From contig NC_013967.1 in the NCBI RefSeq assembly GCF_000025685.1, positions 720,001-752,000 of the forward strand: a stretch of DNA of 32,000 bases. Direction: 5' to 3'. The stretch comes from Haloferax volcanii DS2 (GTDB lineage Archaea > Halobacteriota > Halobacteria > Halobacteriales > Haloferacaceae). Numbering within the stretch: the stretch's first letter is position 1; each line of letters opens with the position of its first letter. The position numbers and the translations under genes were made by a program. The notes below the pieces were generated by a model. It was given only the letters and a program-made list of their open reading frames with translations, had not been told where the DNA came from and did no database searches. Below, piece after piece: positions 6,805 through 14,937 of the stretch.

Positions 6805-7110
6805 TCAGTCGGAGACGGTTGTCCGGTAGATGTCGCCGTCGTACCGAACGTAGCCGGGGTCGACGAACTCGTTTCGCGCCGATTCGTTCGGTAGCGCCAC
6901 CGGCTCGCCGGTCGAGACGGCCTCCGCGAACATCTCGCGCTGGTCGGGGTCGAGGTTGCCGAAGGCGACCGCGCCCTGTCCCTGCGGGAGTTCGTCCACG
7001 CGCTCGACGGTCAGGGTGCCCGCGCCGCCGCCGGTGACCGCGGCGACGACGCCCGCGAACACCGCGAGTGCGACGACGATTCCGACCGCTTCCCGTCTTC
7101 CGATTCGCAT
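6805..7110 (-). CDS. Small secreted/membrane-anchored protein of unknown function (paralog B of 6446..6733)
   Basis: The ORF in the track runs 6805..7185. I prefer the ATG at 7110, giving MRIGRREAVGIVVALAVFAGVVAAV. It aligns along its whole length with the neighbour: VERVDELPQGQGAVAFGNLDPDQ...NEFVDPGYVRYDGDIYRTTV. Confidence 0.65.
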   Translation of the reverse strand: MRIGRREAVGIVVALAVFAGVVAAVTGGGAGTLTVERVDELPQGQGAVAFGNLDPDQREMFAEAVSTGEPVALPNESARNEFVDPGYVRYDGDIYRTTVSD

Positions 7111-7194
7111 GGCCGACGCTCGGGGGGCGGCGCAGTTAGGCGCTGTGGTCCGCGTCTGCCACGAGGACGGTATCGGCAGCGACACGGCGCGTCG

Positions 7195-7200
7195 AAAAAA
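7195..7200 (-). terminator. Oligo-T run (T6 on the minus strand) downstream of metG
   Basis: The plus strand reads cgAAAAAAtc, 41 nt past the metG stop. Archaeal termination typically uses T-runs. Confidence 0.45.
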
Positions 7201-7240
7201 TCGGGTCGCGGTCGGTCGCGTATCGGGTCGGAGCGGCCGT

Positions 7241-9463
7241 CTACTGCACCTTCGTGCCGGGGACGGCGTCGCCGTGGGTCGTCAGGATGTCGGCCTCGTC
7301 GCCCGCGGCCAACAGCATCCCGTTGGACTCGACGCCGAACAGTCCGGCCTTTTCGAGGTTGGCGACGATGACGACCTTCGAGCCGGCAAGCGAATCGAGG
7401 TCGTGAAGCTGCTTGATGCCGGCGACGATTTGGCGCTCTTCGACGCCGATGTCGACGGTGAGCTTGGCGAGTTTGTCCGCGCCGTCGATGCCCTCGGCGG
7501 CGACGATTTCGCCCACGCGGATGTCGAGTTCTTGGAACTCCTCGAAGCTGATGCGGTCGTCCGCGATGGGTTCGAAGTCGATGTCGGCGTCGGCGTCGGT
7601 GTCAGCGTCCATATCCTCCTCGGCGTCCCCGTCGGACTCGTCGCTTTCGGATTCCGTCTCGGCCACGCGCGCTTCGAGCTTCTCGTTGAGCTCCTCGACG
7701 CGCTCGTCTTCGATTTTCTCGAACAGTGCCTCGGGCTCACCGAAGGACGCCGGCGGGGCCTCGAAGGCGTCGTCGACGCCGGTGTCGGCCACCGAGCCGT
7801 CTTCACCGAGCTGTTCCCAGAGCGCCTGCATCTTCCCCGGCGCGACGGGGAAGAACAGCACGGCGATGGCCTTCGCGATTTGGACGCAGTCGCGGATGAC
7901 CTGCGCCGCGGCCTCGGGGTCCTCGTCGGTGAGCTTCCACGGCTCGTTGCGCTGGATGTACTCGTTGCCGAACTGCGCGAGGCGAACGGCGGCGTTGCCG
8001 GACTTCCGGACCGAGTAGTCGTTGATGCCGGCTTCGAACTCGTCGATAGCCTCCTCGATGCGGGCTTCGACTTCCTCGGACACCTCCGCAGCGCGAGACC
8101 CCGTCTCACTGGCCTCCGAGTGTAACTCGGAGACATCCGGCGTCCCCTCGAAGTTGCGGTACGCGAACAGCATCGACCGGTAGAGGAAGTTGCCGACCGT
8201 GCCGACGAGTTCGCTGTTCACGCGGTCTTTGAACTTCGACCACGAGAAGTCCACGTCCTGCTGGAAGCCGCCGTTGGTGGCGAGGTAGTACCGAAGCAGG
8301 TCGGGGTGGAAGCCCTCATCGAGGTACTCGTCGGCCCAGACGGCGCGGTTGCGCGAGGTGGAAAAGCCCTTGCCGTTGAGCGTGATGAAGCCGGAGGCCA
8401 TGACCGCGCGCGGTTCGACGTAGCCCGCGCCGCGGAGCATCGCCGGCCAGAACACGGTGTGGTGCTGGATGATGTCGCGGCCGATTATGTGGACGATGTC
8501 TCCCGCGTCCTTCCACGCGACCTCCCAGTCGAACGTGTCGGCGCCGACGCGCTCCGTGTACTGCTTGGTCGAGGAGACGTACTCGACGGGGGCGTCGACC
8601 CAGACGTACAGGACGAGGTCGGAGGTGCCGGACGGCGACGAACTGCCGTCCGACTCGTCGCCCTCGTCACGCCCAGACTCCGTCTGGTCTGCCTCCGAAT
8701 CCTCGGCGGATTCGGAGACGCCCGGGTAGTCGATGCCCCAGTCCATGTCGCGGGTGATACACCAGTCTTGCAGTTCGCCCTCGATCCACTCGCGGGGCTG
8801 GTTCCGGGCGTTCGAGGTGCCTTCGAGGCGGTCGATGAACTCCTGCAGGTAGTCTTGGAGGTCGGAGACGGCGAAGAACTTGTGCTCGCGCTCGCGGTAC
8901 TCCGCGGGGTTGCCGGTGAGCGTCGAGGTCGGGTCTTCGATTTCGCCGGGTTCGAGGTGGCGGCCGCAGCCCTCGTCGCACTCGTCGCCGCGGGCGTGAG
9001 CGCCGCAGTACGGACACGCGCCCTCGACGAAGCGGTCGGGGAGCCACTGGTCCGCGTCGGGGTCGTAGGCGACCGGAATCTCCTTTTCGTAGACGTAGCC
9101 CTCGGCTTCGAGGGTGCGGACGATTTCCTGCGTCAGTTCGGTGTTCGTCTCGTCGTGGGTGTGGCCGTAGTTGTCGAACTCGATGTTGAAGCGCGGGAAC
9201 GTCGCCTCGTACTTCTCGTGGTGGCGGAGCGCGAACTCTTCGGGCGTGACGCCCTCCTTCTCGGCGTTGACGGCGACGGGGGTACCGTGCATGTCCGACC
9301 CGCTGACGAAGGCCGTCTGCTGGCCGAGTGTTCGCAGCGAGCGACTGTATATGTCGCCGCCGACGTACGTTCTGAGGTGGCCGATGTGGAGGTCGCCGTT
9401 CGCGTACGGCAGTCCACACGTCACCACCGCTGGGTTCTCCGTGGGGAAGTCCTCGTGACTCAT
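7241..9463 (-). CDS. metG: Methionine--tRNA ligase with a C-terminal tRNA-binding (Trbp111/EMAP-like) domain
   Basis: 740-aa ORF with the class I HIGH motif (LPYANGDLHIGHLRTY) and a zinc knuckle (CPYCGAHARGDECDEGCG). The C-terminus reads FQELDIRVGEIVAAEGIDGADKLAKLTVDIG...VIVANLEKAGLFGVESNGMLLAA. It also carries an acidic insertion, SESAEDSEADQTESGRDEGDESDGSSS. Confidence 0.97.
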   Translation of the reverse strand: MSHEDFPTENPAVVTCGLPYANGDLHIGHLRTYVGGDIYSRSLRTLGQQTAFVSGSDMHGTPVAVNAEKEGVTPEEFALRHHEKYEATFPRFNIEFDNYGHTHDETNTELTQEIVRTLEAEGYVYEKEIPVAYDPDADQWLPDRFVEGACPYCGAHARGDECDEGCGRHLEPGEIEDPTSTLTGNPAEYREREHKFFAVSDLQDYLQEFIDRLEGTSNARNQPREWIEGELQDWCITRDMDWGIDYPGVSESAEDSEADQTESGRDEGDESDGSSSPSGTSDLVLYVWVDAPVEYVSSTKQYTERVGADTFDWEVAWKDAGDIVHIIGRDIIQHHTVFWPAMLRGAGYVEPRAVMASGFITLNGKGFSTSRNRAVWADEYLDEGFHPDLLRYYLATNGGFQQDVDFSWSKFKDRVNSELVGTVGNFLYRSMLFAYRNFEGTPDVSELHSEASETGSRAAEVSEEVEARIEEAIDEFEAGINDYSVRKSGNAAVRLAQFGNEYIQRNEPWKLTDEDPEAAAQVIRDCVQIAKAIAVLFFPVAPGKMQALWEQLGEDGSVADTGVDDAFEAPPASFGEPEALFEKIEDERVEELNEKLEARVAETESESDESDGDAEEDMDADTDADADIDFEPIADDRISFEEFQELDIRVGEIVAAEGIDGADKLAKLTVDIGVEERQIVAGIKQLHDLDSLAGSKVVIVANLEKAGLFGVESNGMLLAAGDEADILTTHGDAVPGTKVQ

Positions 9464-9753
9464 ATATGTCGTGTATCTCGGAAGCGGGCCTAAAGCCCGC
9501 CGCTTCGGATGCGTCTGTCTGGCGGTGCGATTCTGCCCCGAGGTTCGCCGGGTCCGACCGTCGTCTCACGTTACCGAGGCGACGATTGGAGGCGGGTCCA
9601 CCCGCGGCTAAAAGGGAGCGCGCATACGCATGTTGTCGGGGAGACCCGTCGCGGTCACACCGGTACTGAAGCCGAGCGGGCGTATAAATTGTTGGGACAC
9701 TCCGGCAACGCTCGGTGTGCTCGGGACGCTTGGGGGCTCGCCCCTCGCCCCAA

Positions 9754-10320
9754 TCAGAGGAACGCCAGCGCGGCCTCGATGCCGATGACGGTCACGACGA
9801 GTCGGCCGCAGGAGCCGACGAACGTCGCGGCGGCGAACTTGAGGTAGTCGTCTTCGAGGACCGAAAACGCGTAAATCGAGAGCGTGTCGGGAAAGCCCGG
9901 CACGCAGAGCGCGGCCGCGAGCCCGGCGAAGCCCCAGTTCTGTGCGATTTGGACGGCCTTGCGCTCGGTCCAGCCCATCACGTCGACGGGCAACCGTTCG
10001 AGCGCCCGCTCGACGTAGCCCGACTCCTTCGTCTGGCGGCCGATGTGGAACGCGAAGACGCTCCCGGCGGCCTTGCCCGCGCCGCTGACGAGGATGATGA
10101 CCGCCAGCTTCGCGCCGTGGGAGAGGCCGAGGTCGAGCGGCGCGGCGAGGACGATTTCGCTCACGCCCGGGAGGGCGAAGGCGATGAGAAACGAGTAGGC
10201 GAAGATGATGACTAGCCCGACCCAGCCGGTGGCCGTCTCGACGAGCGACGAGAGCCACGAGAAGTCGGGGTACAGACTGAGCGTCAGGTCTGCGAGCGAT
10301 GCGAACGCGGTGAGGGACAC
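9754..10320 (-). CDS. VTT/DedA-related (YqaA-like) membrane protein
   Basis: 188-aa polytopic ORF ...LIAFALPGVSEIVLAAPL...AVIILVSGAGKAAGSVFAFHIGR...GFAGLAAALCVPGFPDTLSIYAF. GTG start at 10320; TATA-like GAAAACTTACAA about 30 nt upstream on the minus strand. Confidence 0.7.
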   Translation of the reverse strand: MSLTAFASLADLTLSLYPDFSWLSSLVETATGWVGLVIIFAYSFLIAFALPGVSEIVLAAPLDLGLSHGAKLAVIILVSGAGKAAGSVFAFHIGRQTKESGYVERALERLPVDVMGWTERKAVQIAQNWGFAGLAAALCVPGFPDTLSIYAFSVLEDDYLKFAAATFVGSCGRLVVTVIGIEAALAFL

Positions 10321-10368
10321 ACGAGAGAGTCGAAGCCAGTCGGTTGTAAGTTTTCAGGTTCGGACCGG

Positions 10369-11442
10369 TCAGTTACGCGCCGGTCCCGACCGGAGGTTGT
10401 CGAGGTCCGAGAGGAACGACCGGAGCGACTCGCGGGAGACGTGCGGCATGCAGACGATGCGGAGTTCGCCGCTCGCGGTCCGCGAGATGCGCCAGCCGAG
10501 GTCGCGGAGCGAGTCGAACTGTTCGTCGGGGACGCTCGCGGCGACCAGCGGGAGTTCGGGTTCGACGGCGTCGTAGCCGCGGGCGCGGAGTTCGTCGTAG
10601 AGCCAGTCGGCGTTCGCCTGCTGGCGCTCGTAGGCGTCGCGGTAGCCGTCGGGCCAGAGTTCGCGCATCGCGGCGGCCGCGGAGGCGACGCCCGCGCCGC
10701 TTCGAGTCCCGGTGAGGCTCGCCTGCGACGCGGATTCGAGGTACGGCGTATCCACCGCCAGCGAGTCCACGACCGACTTGTCGCGGAACAGCAGGCCGCC
10801 GGCGGGGACGACCGCCTGCCCGTACTTGTGGGGGTCGATGGTCATCGAGTCGACGGGGGCGTGGGCGAACGACCACTCGTGGTCGGTGAAGGGGAGGACG
10901 AAGCCGCCCCACGCGGCGTCGACGTGCATCAGCGCGCCGGCGTCGTGGGCGACCGCGGTCAACTCGGGAATCGGGTCGACGCGGCCGAACTCGGTCGTGC
11001 CGGCGACGCCGGCGACGAGGACGGTGTGGTCGTCGACCGCCTCGCGGACGGCCGCGACGTTCGCGCGGTAGTCGTCGTCGACGGGCACGACGCGGAGTTC
11101 CACGTCGAGTACGTCGGCGGCCTTCTGGAAGCTGAAGTGGATGCTCTCGGGGGCGACGACGTTCGGGTCGTCGTCGCGGGCGTGGTTTCGCGCGGCTCGG
11201 ATGGCCTGGATGTTGGCTTCGGTCCCGCCGCTCGTCACGTAGCCGTGGGGGGCCGGGAGGCCGGTGATGTCGCCGAGGTACGAGAGTGCGTCTTCTTCGA
11301 GGGCGGCGACGGCCTGATAGGTCGCCGGGTCGCCGGGATTGGTGGCAAAGAACCGCTCTGCGGCCTTCCGGGCGGCCGGGTGCGGTCGGGTGCACATCGA
11401 AGAGAGGACGCGGTCGAACTCCTGCGGTGCCGCGCGCTGCAT
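10369..11442 (-). CDS. mfnA: PLP-dependent group II decarboxylase (MfnA-type tyrosine/aspartate decarboxylase)
   Basis: Motifs: MCTRPHP...[17 protein letters not shown]...[22 protein letters not shown], with the HK PLP-lysine motif. The track ORF starts at the GTG at 11460. I prefer the ATG at 11442 ([18 protein letters not shown]). Confidence 0.88.
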   Translation of the reverse strand: MQRAAPQEFDRVLSSMCTRPHPAARKAAERFFATNPGDPATYQAVAALEEDALSYLGDITGLPAPHGYVTSGGTEANIQAIRAARNHARDDDPNVVAPESIHFSFQKAADVLDVELRVVPVDDDYRANVAAVREAVDDHTVLVAGVAGTTEFGRVDPIPELTAVAHDAGALMHVDAAWGGFVLPFTDHEWSFAHAPVDSMTIDPHKYGQAVVPAGGLLFRDKSVVDSLAVDTPYLESASQASLTGTRSGAGVASAAAAMRELWPDGYRDAYERQQANADWLYDELRARGYDAVEPELPLVAASVPDEQFDSLRDLGWRISRTASGELRIVCMPHVSRESLRSFLSDLDNLRSGPARN

Positions 11443-11571
11443 GTATCCCACTATAACCACACCCAGTATATCGGTTCCGCTCCATTGCGCCGCGTCGCCC
11501 AGCCGACGGCCACCGCTACGGGGACGAGAAAAGGCGGAACGCGGGTGTTCAGTCCTCGACGCTCGCCGGGG

Positions 11572-13857
11572 TCAGCGGACGGAGTCGAGGAGGAGTCGCT
11601 GTTCGACGCGCTTGACCTCGTGTTGCACGTCGCGGACGGCGTCGATGTTGGCCGAGATGGAGCTGACGCCCTTGTCGACGAGGAACTGAACCATCTTGGG
11701 CTTCGAGCCGGCCTGCCCGCAGATGCTCGTCTTCACGCCGACCTCGCGACACGTCTCGATGGTGTCGCCGATGAGTTTGAGCACCGCCGGGTGCAGTTCG
11801 TCGTAGATGTCGGCGACGTGCTCGTTGTTGCGGTCCACCGCGAGAGTGTACTGCGTCAGGTCGTTCGTGCCGAAGGAGGCGAAGTCGATGCCGGCGTCGG
11901 CGAGTTCCTCGATGCAGAGCGCCGCCGCGGGCGTCTCTATCATGACGCCCCACTCGCGCTTTTCGGGGTCGATGCCGGCCTCGCGCATGTGCTCTTTCGC
12001 CCGCAGCACGTCCTCCGCGTCGTTGACGAGCGGGAACATGACTTCGAGGTTGTCGTAGCCCATGTCGAACAGGCGGCGGAACGCTTGCAGTTCGAGGCGG
12101 AACACGCTCGGGTTGTCGAGGCCGCGGCGGATACCGCGGTAACCGAGCATCGGGTTGTGCTCGCGCGGCTCGTTTTCGCCGCCCTCCAGCTGTCGGAACT
12201 CGTCCGTCGGCGCGTCGAGGGTGCGGACGCGGACCGGCCGCGGGTAGAACTCCTCTGCGGCCTCGCGGACGCCCGAGACGATTTCGTCCACGTAGGCGCG
12301 CTCGCCGTTCTGTTCGATGAACCGCCCGGGGGTCTTGCCGAGCGTGAGTACCATGTGCTCGATACGGAGCAGGCCGACGCCGTCAGCGCCCGTTGCGGCG
12401 GCGCGCTCGGCCGCTTCGGGGATGGAGACGTTGACCTTGACCTCGGTCGCGGTCATCGGCTTGACGGGCGTCTTGGGGCGAGCCTCCTCGACGGGCTGGC
12501 GCTGTTTCTCCTCGGGCTCTTCGCCCTCGCGGACGGTTCCCTTGTCGCCGTCGATGGTGACGACCTCGCCGTCTTCGAGCGTCTTCGTCCCGTCGCCGGT
12601 GCCGACCACCGCGGGCACGCCGAGTTCGCGGGAGACGATAGCCGCGTGGGAGGTCATCCCGCCCTCGTCGGTGACGATGCCGGCGGCGCGCTTCATCGCG
12701 GGCACCATGTCCGGCATGGTCATCTCGGTGACGATGATGTCGCCCTCGGCCACTTGGTCGAGGTGGTCGAGTTTGGTGACGATGCGGGCGCGGCCGGAGG
12801 CGATGCCGGGGCTCGCGCCGAGGCCGCGGATGAGCACGTCGTCGCCGGTCGCGGTCGCCCGCGAACTCCCGCTGCTGTCGCCTTCGCTTTCGGTTTCCTC
12901 GCCGTCGTCGCCCTCCGCGATGGTCGTAATCGGGCGCGACTGGAGCATGTACACCTCGCCGTCGTAGACGGCCCACTCCACGTCCTGCGGCTTCTCGTAG
13001 TGGTCTTCGACCAACTCGCCGAGTTCGAGCAGGCGGGACACCTCGTCGTCGGTCAGGACGCGCTCGTGCCGGCGACCGTTCGGCACGTCGCGCATGACGG
13101 TCTCGCCGCTTTCCTCGTCGCGGACGCACATCGTCTTCTTGTCCGCGATGGTCGCCGTTTCGACCTCGCCGGTCTCGCGGCTGACGACGTAGTTGTCGGG
13201 CGAGACGGTGCCGGAGACGACGGCTTCGCCGAGGCCCCACGCGGCCTCGATGATAATCTCCTTCTTGCCGGTCGAGGGGTGTCGGGTGAACATCACGCCG
13301 GACTTCTCGGCGTCGACCATCTGCTGGACGACCACCGCGATGTCGACCTTGTCGTGGGGGAAGCCCTTGCGGTTGCGGTAGTAGATGGCGCGCTCGGAGA
13401 ACAGCGAGGCCCAACACTCCTTGACGCGGTCGAGGAGGTCCTCCTCGGTGACGTTCAGGAACGTCTCCTGTTGGCCCGCGAAGGAGGCGTCCGGCAGGTC
13501 CTCGGCCGTCGCGGACGACCGGACGGCGACGAAGGCGTCGCCCTCGCCGACGCTCCGGTAGGCGTCGAGGATTTCCTCCCGCACGTCGTCCGGCATCGGC
13601 GTCTCCATGATGAGGTCGTGCGCCGTCTCGTGGGCCGCCTGCAGCGCCTCGGAGTCCTCGTGGTCGACCTCGACCGCGGCGAACAGCTCGTCGTCGATGC
13701 CCGCGTCCTCGATGAACGCGCGGTACGTGCTCGCCGTCACGACGAATCCCGGCGGGACGGGAAGCCCCGCACCGGTTAGTTCGCCCAGCGACGCGCCTTT
13801 CCCGCCGACCAGGTCGAGGTCGTCAGCCCGTACGTCGTCCAGCCAGACTACAGCCAT
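11572..13857 (-). CDS. ppsA: Phosphoenolpyruvate synthase (pyruvate, water dikinase)
   Basis: 761-aa ORF. N-terminal ATP-grasp region: VGGKGASLGELTGAGLPVPPGFVVT. Swivel phospho-His motif: EGGMTSHAAIVSRELGVPAVVG. C-terminal PEP/pyruvate domain: GLLRIEHM...NDLTQYTLAVDRNN...CGQA. Confidence 0.97.
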   Translation of the reverse strand: MAVVWLDDVRADDLDLVGGKGASLGELTGAGLPVPPGFVVTASTYRAFIEDAGIDDELFAAVEVDHEDSEALQAAHETAHDLIMETPMPDDVREEILDAYRSVGEGDAFVAVRSSATAEDLPDASFAGQQETFLNVTEEDLLDRVKECWASLFSERAIYYRNRKGFPHDKVDIAVVVQQMVDAEKSGVMFTRHPSTGKKEIIIEAAWGLGEAVVSGTVSPDNYVVSRETGEVETATIADKKTMCVRDEESGETVMRDVPNGRRHERVLTDDEVSRLLELGELVEDHYEKPQDVEWAVYDGEVYMLQSRPITTIAEGDDGEETESEGDSSGSSRATATGDDVLIRGLGASPGIASGRARIVTKLDHLDQVAEGDIIVTEMTMPDMVPAMKRAAGIVTDEGGMTSHAAIVSRELGVPAVVGTGDGTKTLEDGEVVTIDGDKGTVREGEEPEEKQRQPVEEARPKTPVKPMTATEVKVNVSIPEAAERAAATGADGVGLLRIEHMVLTLGKTPGRFIEQNGERAYVDEIVSGVREAAEEFYPRPVRVRTLDAPTDEFRQLEGGENEPREHNPMLGYRGIRRGLDNPSVFRLELQAFRRLFDMGYDNLEVMFPLVNDAEDVLRAKEHMREAGIDPEKREWGVMIETPAAALCIEELADAGIDFASFGTNDLTQYTLAVDRNNEHVADIYDELHPAVLKLIGDTIETCREVGVKTSICGQAGSKPKMVQFLVDKGVSSISANIDAVRDVQHEVKRVEQRLLLDSVR

Positions 13858-13883
13858 GTGATGTTCGTATGGTCCCGCACCCC

Positions 13884-13891
13884 GATAAAGA
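13884..13891 (-). promoter_or_regulatory. TATA box of ppsA (TCTTTATC on the minus strand)
   Basis: AT-rich box centred about 30 nt upstream of the ppsA ATG (13857). Confidence 0.55.
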
Positions 13892-13924
13892 AGTTTGCGA
13901 ACGAAACAAGTATGAATGAAAACT

Positions 13925-13940
13925 CACTCGAAGGCGAGTA
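13925..13940 (-). promoter_or_regulatory. Palindromic operator candidate TACTCG-CCTT-CGAGTG (TACT-N7-GAGT; TrmB-like), upstream of the ppsA TATA
   Basis: The plus strand reads CACTCGAAGGCGAGTA, with perfect inverted arms ACTCG/CGAGT. It is centred about 75 nt upstream of the ppsA ATG and about 45 nt upstream of the TATA box. Confidence 0.5.
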
Positions 13941-13974
13941 TGAAATTGCGGCGTCGACCCGGAAACGGCCGTTC

Positions 13975-14223
13975 TCATGACTCTCGGCGCGCCCGTCCGT
14001 GTTCTTCGCAGAGGATTTCGCCGGCGTCCGGGTCGAGATAGAACGGCGACCCCGCTTCGACCGGCTTCCCGCAGATCGCACAGCCGTCGTCGTGTCGGAG
14101 GAAGTACTTCCCCTCGGCGCGGCCCGTCTCCAGTCGCCCGGCGGCGACGGCCGGTCGCGTCAGTCCCTCGCCGATTTGCGTGCGCTCCGCGCTGTCGGCC
14201 TCCTCGAAGCGAATCGGTCGCAT
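13975..14223 (-). CDS. Small conserved-looking protein with a CxxC...CxxH putative zinc-binding motif
   Basis: 82-aa ORF MRPIRFEEADSAERTQIGEGL...GKYFLRHDDGCAICGKPVEAGSPFYLDPDAGEILCEEHGRARRES. It is acidic and transcribed divergently from the J-domain gene. Confidence 0.55.
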   Translation of the reverse strand: MRPIRFEEADSAERTQIGEGLTRPAVAAGRLETGRAEGKYFLRHDDGCAICGKPVEAGSPFYLDPDAGEILCEEHGRARRES

Positions 14224-14288
14224 ACCAACGCGTGGGCCGCCGGCGGCAAATCGGTACGGGCAGCGGGGGGTTCATAATCGCTCGTCCC

Positions 14289-14900
14289 GTGATTTCTAGC
14301 GTGCTTCCGGAGTGGGTCTTTCTGCTCCCGCCGTGGCTCCTCGTCGGCCTCGCCGCGGGTGCGGTCGCCTCCGTCGTCGTCGCCGGCGTCTTCGTCGTCG
14401 GCGGTCGTGTCTTCCCGGAGCGGCGGGTCTCCCGCGGCCCCCGCGTCGACGGGACGGGCCGCCGCCGCCACGAAATCCGCGACTACCTCACCGCCATCGA
14501 CGAGCGGTTCGTCGAGGACCGCCCGGTCCGCGGCGAGACGGTGGCGTTCTTCCTCCCCGACCGCGGCGTCGCCATCACCTTCGACGCGCAGGCGTTCTTC
14601 CGCCTCGAACGCGCCGGCGTCTACGCCGTCCTCTGCGAACACGAGATGCCCGGCGGCCAACTCGGGCGGCGGCTCCCCTTCGACGTGCCGGACGTCGAGC
14701 CCGAACTGGCCGACCTTGACGACCCGGTGTCGGCCGCGTTCGACCGCCTCGACCTCCCCGCGACCGCCTCCTCCGAGGCCGTTCAAGACGCCTACCGCGC
14801 ACGGGTGAAAGACGTGCATCCCGACCACGGCGGCGACCGAGAGCGGTTCCGCGAGCTACGGAAGGCGTACACGATGGCGCGAGAACACGCCGAGGGCTGA
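14289..14900 (+). CDS. Membrane-anchored J-domain protein (DnaJ-like co-chaperone domain at the C-terminus)
   Basis: This is the 3' part of track ORF 13977..14900. The upstream 104 codons overlap the opposite-strand gene and are Arg-rich, so I start at the GTG at 14289 (the GTG at 14301 is equally possible; a TATA-like TTCATAAT lies at about 14268-14277). TM segment: WVFLLPPWLLVGLAAGAVASVVVAGVFVV. J-domain with HPD: SSEAVQDAYRARVKDVHPDHGGDRERFRELRKAY. Confidence 0.72.
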   Translation: MISSVLPEWVFLLPPWLLVGLAAGAVASVVVAGVFVVGGRVFPERRVSRGPRVDGTGRRRHEIRDYLTAIDERFVEDRPVRGETVAFFLPDRGVAITFDAQAFFRLERAGVYAVLCEHEMPGGQLGRRLPFDVPDVEPELADLDDPVSAAFDRLDLPATASSEAVQDAYRARVKDVHPDHGGDRERFRELRKAYTMAREHAEG

Positions 14901-14937
14901 GAATTCGACTGCGAGAAAAACCGAACCCGGCGCGGAG

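Noticed and set aside
8618-8725. Acidic Ser/Asp/Glu-rich insertion in MetRS, considered as a possible intein or inserted element
   Set aside because: It is only about 35 aa, has no intein splice motifs (no Cys/Ser...HN junctions), and is in frame. It looks like a typical halophile surface-loop expansion.
10441-13779. 1112-aa plus-strand ORF spanning the region of mfnA and ppsA
   Set aside because: It is antisense to two genes with unmistakable family motifs. Its translation is Arg/Gly/Val/Asp/Ala low complexity with no motifs. This is a typical stop-codon-poor shadow frame in roughly 68% GC DNA.
13977-14288. 5' extension of the J-domain ORF (track ORF 13977..14900)
   Set aside because: It overlaps the better-supported opposite-strand 82-aa gene and is Arg-rich. 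A TATA-like box lies just upstream of the internal GTG codons at 14289/14301.
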